In this document: positions 55,763 to 64,000 of the stretch, in pieces | Position numbering within the stretch: the stretch's first letter is position 1 | How the letters are laid out: every line of letters starts with the position of its first letter | NCBI GenBank assembly: GCA_016871335.1 | Contig: VFZF01000009.1 | Coordinates: 34,267 to 98,266 of the forward strand | Origin: Acidimicrobiia bacterium | GTDB lineage: Bacteria > Acidobacteriota > Vicinamibacteria > Vicinamibacterales > SCN-69-37 | Length of the DNA stretch: 64,000 nt | Direction: 5' to 3' | Notes under the pieces: generated by a model | The model's input: only the letters and a program-made list of their open reading frames with translations | Databases searched by the model: none | Told to the model about the DNA's origin: nothing | Translations under genes and position numbers: made by a program

Positions 55763-56384
55763 CAGTCGTCGCGCGTGCCCGGAGGCGCGCACCGATCGCG
55801 ATCTGGTGACCGGTGTGCGGCGCTGGTTGGCCGAGGCGATCGACGCGGGTATCGACACGATTCAACTGCGCGAGCGGACCCTGTCCGCTGAGACCCTCTG
55901 CAACCTTGCGCGCGGCGTTGTCGCCGACACTCGAGGCACGAGCACCCGCGTCCTGATCAACGACCGTGCGGACGTGGCGGTCATCGCCGGGGCTGATGGC
56001 GTGCATCTGCGCGATGATGGGTGGCCGGTGGCACGGGTGCGCGCGTTGTCACGCGCCGCGTGGGTGATTGGCCGGTCGGTGCATGCGGTCGACATGCCGG
56101 GGGGCGAGGGGGCTGATTACCTTCTTGTGGGGGCCGTCTTTGTGAGCGGATCCAAACCGGTTCGCGGCCTTGAGACCCTGCGCGCCGTCGCCGCCGCGAG
56201 CGACGTGCCGGTCGTGGCGATCGGCGGCATCACGGTGGACACTGCGGCAGCGTGCCTGGCTGCCGGGGCGTCGGGCCTTGCCGCGATCAGCCTGTTTCTG
56301 CCGGCCGGGCGCGCGGACGGGGCGTTGGGGCCGGGCCGGGCCATCAGAGAGCTGCGTGCAGCCGCAGGTTTTTCGATACAGTAA
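55740..56384 (+). CDS. thiE: thiamine-phosphate synthase
   Basis: It contains IQLRER, LINDRADVA, GADGVHL and VVAIGGI motifs. Confidence 0.85.
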   Translation: MTLTLVTDSRRACPEARTDRDLVTGVRRWLAEAIDAGIDTIQLRERTLSAETLCNLARGVVADTRGTSTRVLINDRADVAVIAGADGVHLRDDGWPVARVRALSRAAWVIGRSVHAVDMPGGEGADYLLVGAVFVSGSKPVRGLETLRAVAAASDVPVVAIGGITVDTAAACLAAGASGLAAISLFLPAGRADGALGPGRAIRELRAAAGFSIQ

Positions 56385-56396
56385 CGAGACGATCCC

Positions 56397-57173
56397 ATGA
56401 GTGAATTCGGAGCCCAACTGAAACAGGCGCGCGAGAGCCGTGGCATCTCGCTGCGACAGGTCGCTACGTCCACCAAGATCTCGCCCCTGGCGCTCGAGGC
56501 GTTGGAGCGGGGGGATCTGTCGAGGCTGCCTGGCGGCATCTTCAGCCGCGCGTTTGTGAAGGCGTATGCCCTGGAAGTGGGGCTTGACCCCGACGAGGTC
56601 ATGGCGCAGTTCCTGGTGGAGCTCGACGAACACGACAGCCGGCGCAACAAGGACGAAGCGCGGCCCGAAGTGACCGCCGATGATCGCGCGTTTCTCGAGC
56701 AGCAGCGCCGCGCCGGGGTGGCCCTTCGCGTCGGCGCCGTGGTGCTGGTTTTGCTGATCATCGGCGCGGTGGTCGTGTGGAAGATGTGGTTCGGCGCCCC
56801 GGCGCCTGTTCCCGTACCGCCGGCGGCCGTGGTGCAGGAACCTGCCGCGCCAGTGACTCCCGAGTCGTCGAGTCCGCTGTGGATTGAGTTGGTGACGTCG
56901 GACAGTTGCTGGGTGCGGGTGACGACGGATGGCACGCTGATTCCCGCGCGCGTGATGGCGAGCGGCGAACGTCAGCGGTTTGAAGCGACCAGGGAAATTG
57001 TGCTGCAGGTCGGCAACGCCGGCGTGGTGTCGCTGACCGTGAACGGCAAGCCGGGGCGGTCGCTCGGCCGTGTGGGTGACGTCAGGACCGTGAAGATTTC
57101 GTCGGCGAACGTGTCGGAGTTTTTCCGGAACGAACCCCCCACTCCGAACGCATCTGGGACAGGCCGTCCATAA
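56397..57173 (+). CDS. rodZ: RodZ-like cytoskeleton protein (HTH + TM + DUF4115)
   Basis: It has an N-terminal XRE-type HTH (LKQARESRGISLRQVATSTKIS), a central TM segment and a C-terminal DUF4115-like region. Confidence 0.8.
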   Translation: MSEFGAQLKQARESRGISLRQVATSTKISPLALEALERGDLSRLPGGIFSRAFVKAYALEVGLDPDEVMAQFLVELDEHDSRRNKDEARPEVTADDRAFLEQQRRAGVALRVGAVVLVLLIIGAVVVWKMWFGAPAPVPVPPAAVVQEPAAPVTPESSSPLWIELVTSDSCWVRVTTDGTLIPARVMASGERQRFEATREIVLQVGNAGVVSLTVNGKPGRSLGRVGDVRTVKISSANVSEFFRNEPPTPNASGTGRP

Positions 57174-57309
57174 ATACCGCCGCTTTCTCGCGGTCGTCTT
57201 TCGTCTTCAGCGTCTTGAACAGATCGATCGCCTTCTCCAGGTCCTTCTGGACCGTGGACTTGGTCGTGTTGAAGTAGAGCTTCCGGATCACATCAAGCGA
57301 ATTCGCCAT
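57082..57309 (-). CDS. hypothetical small protein (75 aa)
   Basis: ORF 57082..57360 was trimmed to MANSLDVIRKLYFNTTKSTVQKDLEKAIDLFKTLK at 57309, in a locally lower-GC stretch. Its 3' 92 nt overlap the convergent rodZ end. Confidence 0.5.
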   Translation of the reverse strand: MANSLDVIRKLYFNTTKSTVQKDLEKAIDLFKTLKTKDDREKAAVFMDGLSQMRSEWGVRSGKTPTRSPTKSSRS

Positions 57310-57330
57310 AGCTGGTGCCTCAACACGAAG

Positions 57331-57353
57331 GGCGCGCTGGGTTCCAGCGCGCC
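57331..57353 (+). repeat. REP-like hairpin, forward orientation
   Basis: ggcgcgct-gggttcc-agcgcgcc with a perfect stem. It is preceded by gaag instead of gtag. It lies between the GHMP kinase stop and the small ORF start. Confidence 0.75.
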
Positions 57354-57356
57354 AAG

Positions 57357-58367
57357 TCACGCCCTCGCAATCCGCAGGCCGTCGGCCTCAATCGTACAGT
57401 CAAGCACGCGCGCGCCGCCAATACGGAGCGCCTCGGCCACGGTGGTCTTGCGGTCGGGAGGCACCAGGCAGAAGAGGCAGCCGCCACCACCGGCGCCGCA
57501 CACCTTGCCAGCCAGCGCCCCAGCGGCCTGGGCGGCTGCGAGCAGGGCGTTGATGTCGGGTGTGGTGACGCCGGGCGCCAGCGTGGTGCGGCCGGCCCAT
57601 TCAGCGGCGAGATGGTGGCCTGCGGCGTCCCAGTCCCCGGCCGTCAACGCGTCACGCATGCCCACCGCCGCGTCGCGGATACCCTCGAAGGCGCCAACCA
57701 CCGCAGGGTCGCCATCAATGTGGCGCTTCATGACATCCCAGTTGTTGATGCCGGAATTCCTGGACGCGCCCGTGTATGCCACAACGATCCGCGAGGCGAG
57801 CGCGTCAGCTCGTACGGGGAGGGCGACACGCCGGATACCGGTGGCGGTCAGTTCCACCGCCGAGACACCGCCGTAGAGTGCGGGCCGATAGTCCTGCGCG
57901 CCCGTCGGCACGCGGATGACCTGCGCTTCAACGTTCATCGCAATCGCCAGCAACTCGTCGTCGCTCAGTGTCCGCCCGGTGAAGGCCGCGAGGCCGCCGG
58001 TGAGTGCGACATTCATCGCCGACGACCCGGCGATGCCGGCGCCGACCGGGGAGTCCGAGCGTGTGGTGACGTCGAGGCCGGTGTCCGTGCCATCCAGAAA
58101 CAGGTGCACGAGGCGCGCGACCAGTGGCAGCCGGTCGAGATCAAGATCACGGACCGACGCCGCGTCCACGACATCACCGGTATCTTCCGAGCGGAGGACA
58201 ATGCGGCTGTCGGTACGCGACTGGAGGACGCCGGTGGCACGCAGGCTGAGGGCGGCGTTGATGGTCTGCGCACGGTCGTGAAAGAGGTAGAGGGGCCAGA
58301 TGTCGAAGGTGCCGCCGGCGAGGTCAATGCGCGTCGGCGCAGAAGCAGTAATACGCACAGCGGACAT
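57357..58367 (-). CDS. GHMP-family sugar kinase (heptose-7-phosphate kinase / fucokinase-like)
   Basis: It contains APTRIDLAGGTFDIWP and PVGAGIAGSSAMNVAL (GHMP motif II). The substrate is not assignable from sequence. Confidence 0.8.
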   Translation of the reverse strand: MSAVRITASAPTRIDLAGGTFDIWPLYLFHDRAQTINAALSLRATGVLQSRTDSRIVLRSEDTGDVVDAASVRDLDLDRLPLVARLVHLFLDGTDTGLDVTTRSDSPVGAGIAGSSAMNVALTGGLAAFTGRTLSDDELLAIAMNVEAQVIRVPTGAQDYRPALYGGVSAVELTATGIRRVALPVRADALASRIVVAYTGASRNSGINNWDVMKRHIDGDPAVVGAFEGIRDAAVGMRDALTAGDWDAAGHHLAAEWAGRTTLAPGVTTPDINALLAAAQAAGALAGKVCGAGGGGCLFCLVPPDRKTTVAEALRIGGARVLDCTIEADGLRIARA

Positions 58368-58393
58368 TATCCCCCCGTTTATACTGTGGCGGT

Positions 58394-59476
58394 ATGTCGC
58401 TTCGCGATCTTCGGCGTCACGTGGGACAACTGGCGATCGTCGGTTTCCCCGGGCATGCGGTTCCCGCAGACCTGAAACGTGTGGCCGCCGAGTTCGATCT
58501 CGGTGGTGTCATCTATTTTGCGCGCAACATCGTGGACCCCGCGCAGGTGGCGGACCTCTCGCGCGAGTCCGCGGACCTCGCACAGGACTGGCCCCTGTGG
58601 ATCAGCGTCGACCAGGAAGGCGGACGCGTGGCGCGGCTGCGCCGGCCGTTCACCGAGTGGCCGCCGATGATCACGCTGGGCCGCAGTGGCGATGAGCGGC
58701 TGGTGGAGGCGTTTGCGGCAGCGCTCGCGGCAGAACTGCGGGGCGTCGGGATCAACCTCGACTACACGCCGGTGCTCGACATTCACACGAACCCGAAGAA
58801 TCCGATCATCGGGGACCGCGCGTTCGGCGAGACCGCCGACGTGGTATCGCGGATCGGCGCGTCCATGGTGCGTGCCTTGCAGAAGGCCGGTATCGTCGCC
58901 TGCGGCAAACATTTCCCTGGGCATGGGGACACGAGCACGGACTCGCATCTTGAATTGCCGCTGGTCGAACATCCGCCTGATCGACTAAACGCGATCGAGT
59001 TCGCGCCCTTCAGGGCAGCGATTGCCGAGGGCCTCGGCACCATCATGACTGCGCATGTGCTGGTGCCGTCGCTTGATGAAGACCTGCCGGCAACGTTGTC
59101 GCGCACAGTGGTCACGGATGTGCTCAAGCAGCAGTTGGGCTTTGACGGACTCGTGATCAGTGATGACCTCGGGATGAACGCCGTGGCCGCCACGTGGCCG
59201 TTACCGGAGGCCATGGTGATGGCGCTGGCGGCCGGGTGTGATGCGGTGTTGCTCTGCAACTCGACCCTCGACGAGCAGGTCGAGGCGCTTGAGGCCGTCA
59301 TTCATGCGGTGGAGCAGGGGCGCCTGCCGCTCGCGCGGGTCGAAGATGCGATGATGCGCCAGTCTCGCGTGAAGACCCGCTTTGCGCATCTGTTGCAGCC
59401 GCCAACCACCAACCTGGACAGCATCGGGCATGATGCCCACCACGCCATCGCGGCACGAATGGCGGCCTTCCTGTGA
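58394..59476 (+). CDS. nagZ: beta-N-acetylhexosaminidase (GH3)
   Basis: It contains VDQEGGRV and KHFPGHGDTSTDSHLELP. Confidence 0.88.
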   Translation: MSLRDLRRHVGQLAIVGFPGHAVPADLKRVAAEFDLGGVIYFARNIVDPAQVADLSRESADLAQDWPLWISVDQEGGRVARLRRPFTEWPPMITLGRSGDERLVEAFAAALAAELRGVGINLDYTPVLDIHTNPKNPIIGDRAFGETADVVSRIGASMVRALQKAGIVACGKHFPGHGDTSTDSHLELPLVEHPPDRLNAIEFAPFRAAIAEGLGTIMTAHVLVPSLDEDLPATLSRTVVTDVLKQQLGFDGLVISDDLGMNAVAATWPLPEAMVMALAAGCDAVLLCNSTLDEQVEALEAVIHAVEQGRLPLARVEDAMMRQSRVKTRFAHLLQPPTTNLDSIGHDAHHAIAARMAAFL

Positions 59477-60450
59477 GTGATCGCACCCGGTGCGGCCTGA
59501 GGAAAGTGCGTCCGGCCTGGCCGGGAAGCCGCGTGCGTCTGCTCGCGCCGGCGAGTCCGTTTGATCGCGCGGACTTTGACGCGGGTCTTCGTGAGCTCGA
59601 TCGGTTGGGATTTGTGTCGGTGTACGACGAGCGCGTGTTTGAGCGACAGGCGTATGTCGCCGGCAGCGCAGAGTCCCGCTCAGCACAGCTGAGAGAAGCC
59701 TGGGCCGACACGTCCGTGGATGTCATCCTCGCAGTGCGTGGGGGGTATGGCAGCGTGCAGCTGTTGCCGTTCCTGTCGGCGGGGGATGTGCATGGATGTC
59801 CACCAGCCGCCTTCATTGGATACAGCGATCTGACCACACTGCACAGCTGGCTGGGCTGCCAGGTCGGCGTCGCTTCGATTCACGGGCCCATGCTTGATCG
59901 CCGCATCTCTGCAGGCCCGGATCGATACGACACCACGTCTTTTCTTGGAAGCCTCTCGGCGACGCCACTCGGAGAACTCGCGCCGGACGGCGTCGAATCC
60001 CTGCGTCACGGTGAGGCCGACGGGCCGTTGTTCGGCGGGACCATCAGCCAGTTGCTCGGCTCCCTCGGCACGCCCTGGGCGTTCGAGCCACCCCGCGGGT
60101 GCGTGTTGTTCCTTGATGAAGTGGGGGAGCGACCGTATCGGCTGGATCGCATGTGTGTGCAGCTCGCACAGTCGGGCCTCCTCGCGAAAGCCTCCGCCAT
60201 CATCGTCGGCCAATTACCGAATTGTGATGAACCCGGAGGCGCGGTGACAGGACGCGCAGTGGTCGCAGATGCGCTGGCCGCGTTTCCAGGGCCGGTGTTG
60301 ATGGACTTTCCGTCGGGGCATACAACGACGCCGCTGGTGACGCTGCCGCTCGGCGTGCACACGCGCGTGATCGCAAACGGCGCACCACGGGTCGTGATTA
60401 CCGAGTCTCCGGTGATGGGGCAATGGGGCAATGAGGCGATGAGGCAATGA
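59473..60450 (+). CDS. ldcA: LD-carboxypeptidase (peptidase S66, muramoyl-tetrapeptide carboxypeptidase)
   Basis: It contains the GYSDLTTLH nucleophile motif and C-terminal FPSGHT. Confidence 0.85.
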   Translation: MSDRTRCGLRKVRPAWPGSRVRLLAPASPFDRADFDAGLRELDRLGFVSVYDERVFERQAYVAGSAESRSAQLREAWADTSVDVILAVRGGYGSVQLLPFLSAGDVHGCPPAAFIGYSDLTTLHSWLGCQVGVASIHGPMLDRRISAGPDRYDTTSFLGSLSATPLGELAPDGVESLRHGEADGPLFGGTISQLLGSLGTPWAFEPPRGCVLFLDEVGERPYRLDRMCVQLAQSGLLAKASAIIVGQLPNCDEPGGAVTGRAVVADALAAFPGPVLMDFPSGHTTTPLVTLPLGVHTRVIANGAPRVVITESPVMGQWGNEAMRQ

Positions 60451-60454
60451 AGCG
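60415..60454 (+). repeat. 5 x 8-nt ATGRRGCR tandem array spanning the ldcA stop / mpl start
   Basis: atggggca/atggggca/atgaggcg/atgaggca/atgaagcg. The fifth ATG (60447) is the mpl start and overlaps the ldcA TGA. Confidence 0.85.
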
Positions 60455-61844
60455 CGTGCACTTTATCGGCGTGTGTGGCACGGCCATGGCGACGCTTGCA
60501 GCGATGCTCAAGGCCCGCGGCTTCGACGTGCAGGGCTCCGACCACGGCGTGTATCCGCCGATGAGCGACTTTCTGGCGCGCGAAGGCATTCGTGTGTTCG
60601 ACGGCTACCGTGCCGAACAGATCACCGGTGATATTGATACGGTGGTTGTGGGCAACGCGATCTCGCGCGGCAACGTGGAACTGGAGGCCGTGCTCGACCG
60701 CAAGGCGCGGTACTTGTCGCTGCCCGAGACCATTCGCGAGCATTTCCTGTGGGACCGGCGGTCCATTGTGATCGCCGGTACGCACGGCAAGACCACCACC
60801 ACGTCGCTGACGGCGTGGGTGCTGGCGGCCGGCGGAGAAGACCCGAGCCTGCTCGTTGGTGGCATCGCCAACAACTTTGATGGCAGCTATCGTCTCGGCA
60901 GCGGACGCGACTTCGTCATTGAAGGCGACGAATACGACAGTGCCTTCTTCGACAAGACGGCGAAGTTCCTGAAGTATCTGCCGGACATCGCGGTCGTCGG
61001 CAACATCGAATACGACCACGCGGACATCTATCCGGACATGGAATCGCTGCGGACGGCATTCCGCCGCTTTGTGAACCTGATTCCGCAGAATGGTCACCTC
61101 ATCCTCGGCGCCGATTGCCCGGAGGCCAGCCGTCTGGCCGCGCTGGTGCGTTCCCCGGTCGTGACCTTTGGCTTCGCGCCGAACGCCGACTGGCGCGCGA
61201 GCGAACTCGTGGCGAGTGGTGACCTGACGCGGTTTGAGGTCACCCATCGCGGCGAACCGATGGGGCACTTCGAGGTGCCGCTCTACGGCCAGCACAACGT
61301 GCGGAATGCGCTGGCGGCACTGGCGGTCGGACACATCGTCGGCCTCTCGCCTGAGGCGTTGCGCAAAAGCCTCCGCGACTTCCAGGGTGTCCGTCGCCGT
61401 CTTGAGAAACGTGGTGAGGTGCGTGGCGTCTCCGTGTATGACGACTTCGCGCACCACCCGACGGCGATTCTCGAGACCATTCGTGCGGTCAAGTCCACGC
61501 ATCCCGACCGTCGCGTCTGGGCGGTGTTTGAACCGCGGTCGGCGACGTCCTGCCGAAAGATCTTCCAGGACGACTTTCTGCGCGCCTTCGAGGAATCAGG
61601 CGCTGATGAGGTCATTCTCGCCGCGGTCTTCCGCGCCACGCTGCCGGACGATGAACGGCTGGATGTGGAGGCGATCGTGAACACCCTGCACCAGCGCGGC
61701 CGGAAGGCGCGACATCTTCCTGATGTGGCGACCATCGTCCAGGTCATCGCCACCGAGGCTGGCCCTGGAGATATCGTGCTGCTGATGTCCAACGGTGGCT
61801 TCGACGGCATCCACGACAAGTTGCTGACCGCACTCGCGAGCTGA
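60447..61844 (+). CDS. mpl: UDP-N-acetylmuramate:L-alanyl-gamma-D-glutamyl-meso-diaminopimelate ligase
   Basis: It starts MKRVHFIGVCGTAMATLAAMLKARGFDVQGSD and contains GTHGKTTT. The length and sequence are typical of Mpl. Confidence 0.9.
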   Translation: MKRVHFIGVCGTAMATLAAMLKARGFDVQGSDHGVYPPMSDFLAREGIRVFDGYRAEQITGDIDTVVVGNAISRGNVELEAVLDRKARYLSLPETIREHFLWDRRSIVIAGTHGKTTTTSLTAWVLAAGGEDPSLLVGGIANNFDGSYRLGSGRDFVIEGDEYDSAFFDKTAKFLKYLPDIAVVGNIEYDHADIYPDMESLRTAFRRFVNLIPQNGHLILGADCPEASRLAALVRSPVVTFGFAPNADWRASELVASGDLTRFEVTHRGEPMGHFEVPLYGQHNVRNALAALAVGHIVGLSPEALRKSLRDFQGVRRRLEKRGEVRGVSVYDDFAHHPTAILETIRAVKSTHPDRRVWAVFEPRSATSCRKIFQDDFLRAFEESGADEVILAAVFRATLPDDERLDVEAIVNTLHQRGRKARHLPDVATIVQVIATEAGPGDIVLLMSNGGFDGIHDKLLTALAS

Positions 61845-61849
61845 CACCA

Positions 61850-62776
61850 GTGCTGACCACGTTGACGTCGATCGTCGGGCAGGCGCGTGTGACGGCCAAC
61901 GCGCCGCTTGCGCCATTAACGACGTTTGGCGTGGGGGGGGCGGCGGACTGGCTCGTCGAGGTGCGGTCGGTCGAAGAACTGCGCGCCGTCGTCGAGGCCG
62001 CAGCAGCGGCCGGCCAGCCGCTCCACGTGCTTGGAGGCGGGTCGAATGTGCTCGTGTCCGATGCCGGCGTCAGAGGCGTCGTACTCCGGCTCAAGCTCGC
62101 GGGCGTCAGTCAGCCCTCGACCGATCGAGTCCGCGCGGAAGCTGGCCTGACGATGAATGGCCTGGTACGGTGGATGATTGGTCGCGGGCTCGCGGGACTC
62201 GAGACGTGGGCGGGGACGCCGGGCACGGTCGGAGGGGCCATCCACGGAAACGCGCACTATGGCGGGCACGACATCAGCGAACTCGTGTCCACGGTTGCGG
62301 TCGTCACACCGGTGGGGGAGTGGCGCGAGGAGCCCGCGTCGGCGATGGGATTCGGGTACGACACCAGCCGGTTGTTTGAGACTCGCGAGGTTGTCGTGTG
62401 GGCAGACTTCTTTGCCGCGCCCGGCGATCCTGAGGCGCTTCGCGCAGTGGCCAGGGCGTCACTGGCGCATCGGAAGCGCACGCAGCCCCTGCAGTTGCCC
62501 AGTGCCGGGTGTGTGTTTCAGAATCCGCTCCCCGGTCGTGATGTGGTGCCCGCAGGGATCCCGTGGTCATCCGGCGCGCTGGTGGATCGCGCCGGGCTGA
62601 AGGCCGCGCGGGTGGGCGGGGCGCAGATTTCGCCGGTGCACGCCAACTTCATCGTGACCAACGGCGCCGCGACGGCTGCAGATATTCGTGCACTGATCGA
62701 GCAGGCAAAGCAGGCCGTTCGTGAACAGTTCGGTGTCCAATTGAGAGAAGAGATCGTGTACCTGGGAGACGTCTGA
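61850..62776 (+). CDS. murB: UDP-N-acetylmuramate dehydrogenase
   Basis: It has an FAD-binding domain (LGGGSNVLV) and a C-terminal MurB domain (SAGCVFQNP). Confidence 0.9.
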   Translation: MLTTLTSIVGQARVTANAPLAPLTTFGVGGAADWLVEVRSVEELRAVVEAAAAAGQPLHVLGGGSNVLVSDAGVRGVVLRLKLAGVSQPSTDRVRAEAGLTMNGLVRWMIGRGLAGLETWAGTPGTVGGAIHGNAHYGGHDISELVSTVAVVTPVGEWREEPASAMGFGYDTSRLFETREVVVWADFFAAPGDPEALRAVARASLAHRKRTQPLQLPSAGCVFQNPLPGRDVVPAGIPWSSGALVDRAGLKAARVGGAQISPVHANFIVTNGAATAADIRALIEQAKQAVREQFGVQLREEIVYLGDV

Positions 62777-64000
62777 TGGCTTCATTGGTGGTGCGGGGTG
62801 GACGCCGGCTGGCTGGTCGAATTGCGGTGGACGGCAACAAGAATGCCGCGTTGCCGCTGCTGGCCGCGTGTGTGCTGACGCCGGACACGTGTGAGCTGCG
62901 CAATGTGCCGCAGATTCGTGACGTCGCGGTCATGATCGCGTTGCTGCGGTCGCTCGGTGCAACGGTCGAGGGTGAAGGCACCTCGACGCTTCGGGTGACC
63001 TGCGCGGACATCACGTCCGGCGCACCGGACCCCGCGCTGGTAGGCCGCCTGCGCGGGTCCGTCATGCTCATGGGCGCGCTGGTCGCACGTGTCGGATGGG
63101 CGAGCCTGGCCCCTCCTGGAGGCGATTTCCCGGCGCGGCGCACGATCACCACCCATCTGAAGGCGCTCGGAGCGCTGGGTGCCCAGGTCACTGAGGGCGC
63201 GATCGGCCACCGGCTCGACGCATCGTCGGGCTTGCACGGCGCGTCGATGTATCTGCTTGAAGCCAGCGTCACGGGAACCGAGACCGCGCTGATGGCGGCG
63301 GCCGCTGCGGATGGCGTCACCGAAATCCGCCATGCCGCCTGCGAGCCGCACGTCGTGGAACTGTGCGAGTTCCTTCGGGCGATGGGAGTGGAGGTCGAGG
63401 GCGCAGGCACGACGACCCTGCGTGTGACGGGAGCCAAGACCCGTCGCGGCGCCATTCATACGTTGCGCGGTGACTACATCGAGGCGGCCAGCTGGGGGGT
63501 CGTTGGCGCGGTCACCGGCAGCGAGCTCACCATCACCGGCTGCCACGCGATTGACCTTGAGCCGACGACGGCCGTGCTCGCCGAGATGGGGCTGTCGTGT
63601 GATGTGAGCGACCAGGCGTTCGTCGTGCATCGATCGCAGCTGCGAGCCGCCAAACGTGTAACCACCGGACTGTGGCCCGCGTTTCCATCCGACATCGTAT
63701 CGCTGGTGACCGTGCTCGCCACGCAGGCAGAAGGCCGCACGTTGCTGCACGACTGGATGTACGAACTCCGCCTCTTCGCACTCGAGCAGCTCAGCTCGAT
63801 GGGCGCCGACCTCTTCCTCTGCGACTCTCACCGCATCATTGTCACCGGCCCGTCCAAACTGAGGGGCCGCGTGCTCGACAGCCGTGACATTCGGTCAGGC
63901 ATGGCGCTCGTCGCTGCTGCGTTGGTCGCAGATGGCGAAAGCCGTGTGCTGGAGATCGAGACCGTCGAACGTGGCTACGCGGACCTGGTCAATCGCCTGA
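62776..64000 (+). CDS. murA: UDP-N-acetylglucosamine 1-carboxyvinyltransferase (3' end outside window)
   Basis: This gene is not in the ORF track because it has no stop in the window. I translated it by hand from the ATG at 62776, which overlaps the murB TGA by 1 nt. The product begins MASLVVRGGRRLAGRIAVDGNKNAALPLLAACVL... and stays open to the window end. Confidence 0.9.
   Translation, partial: MASLVVRGGRRLAGRIAVDGNKNAALPLLAACVLTPDTCELRNVPQIRDVAVMIALLRSLGATVEGEGTSTLRVTCADITSGAPDPALVGRLRGSVMLMGALVARVGWASLAPPGGDFPARRTITTHLKALGALGAQVTEGAIGHRLDASSGLHGASMYLLEASVTGTETALMAAAAADGVTEIRHAACEPHVVELCEFLRAMGVEVEGAGTTTLRVTGAKTRRGAIHTLRGDYIEAASWGVVGAVTGSELTITGCHAIDLEPTTAVLAEMGLSCDVSDQAFVVHRSQLRAAKRVTTGLWPAFPSDIVSLVTVLATQAEGRTLLHDWMYELRLFALEQLSSMGADLFLCDSHRIIVTGPSKLRGRVLDSRDIRSGMALVAAALVADGESRVLEIETVERGYADLVNRL

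Noticed and set aside
60006-61502. 498-aa minus-strand ORF
   Set aside because: It is antisense to ldcA and mpl and is a shadow ORF.

Overview
High-GC (about two-thirds G+C by eye) bacterial chromosomal segment. The gene content and repeat style look Acidobacteriota-like, but I cannot verify that here. Most of the window is densely packed core genes. Housekeeping content includes groES-groEL with a CIRCE operator, purC, nrdR followed by a DUF4390 / NtrY-like kinase / sigma54 regulator chain, pgpA-cinA and gpsA-ftsY. It also includes ribD-ribE-ribBA, ffh, rpsP-KH-rimM-trmD-rplS-rnhB, thiE, rodZ, and a peptidoglycan recycling/synthesis run nagZ-ldcA-mpl-murB-murA, where murA runs off the 3' end. 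There is an L-arabinose / beta-L-arabinofuranoside utilisation cluster at about 7.0-16.6 kb. It has araD, araB, a xylose-isomerase-like TIM-barrel gene in the araA slot, a large DUF5695-like secreted protein and a LamG-GH127 enzyme. The clearest accessory region is about 22.4-27.5 kb, wedged against the 3' end of groEL. It holds a lipoprotein, two small overlapping ORFs, a 496-aa secreted protein of no recognisable family, a DUF4892-type OmpA protein and hicAB. These are interspersed with fragments derived from groEL and a shared 29-nt junction repeat, and this is my best candidate for something undescribed. Three other loci look like decayed genes (a tryptophanase, an HExxH lipoprotein and a truncated CarboxypepD_reg protein). 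Intergenic DNA is unusually structured, with a REP-like hairpin family (GTAGGGCGCGCT-N7-AGCGCGCC) whose TAG often serves as the stop codon of the adjacent gene. It also has many locus-specific 7-10-nt degenerate tandem arrays with GAGG/AGGA, GGGCGGTT, GTCCGC or GGTGCTS cores, two long composite palindromes and one very AT-rich 80-bp island. No rRNA, tRNA, CRISPR array, transposase or integrase was recognised. Many long ORFs in the track are antisense shadows typical of high-GC DNA and were rejected.
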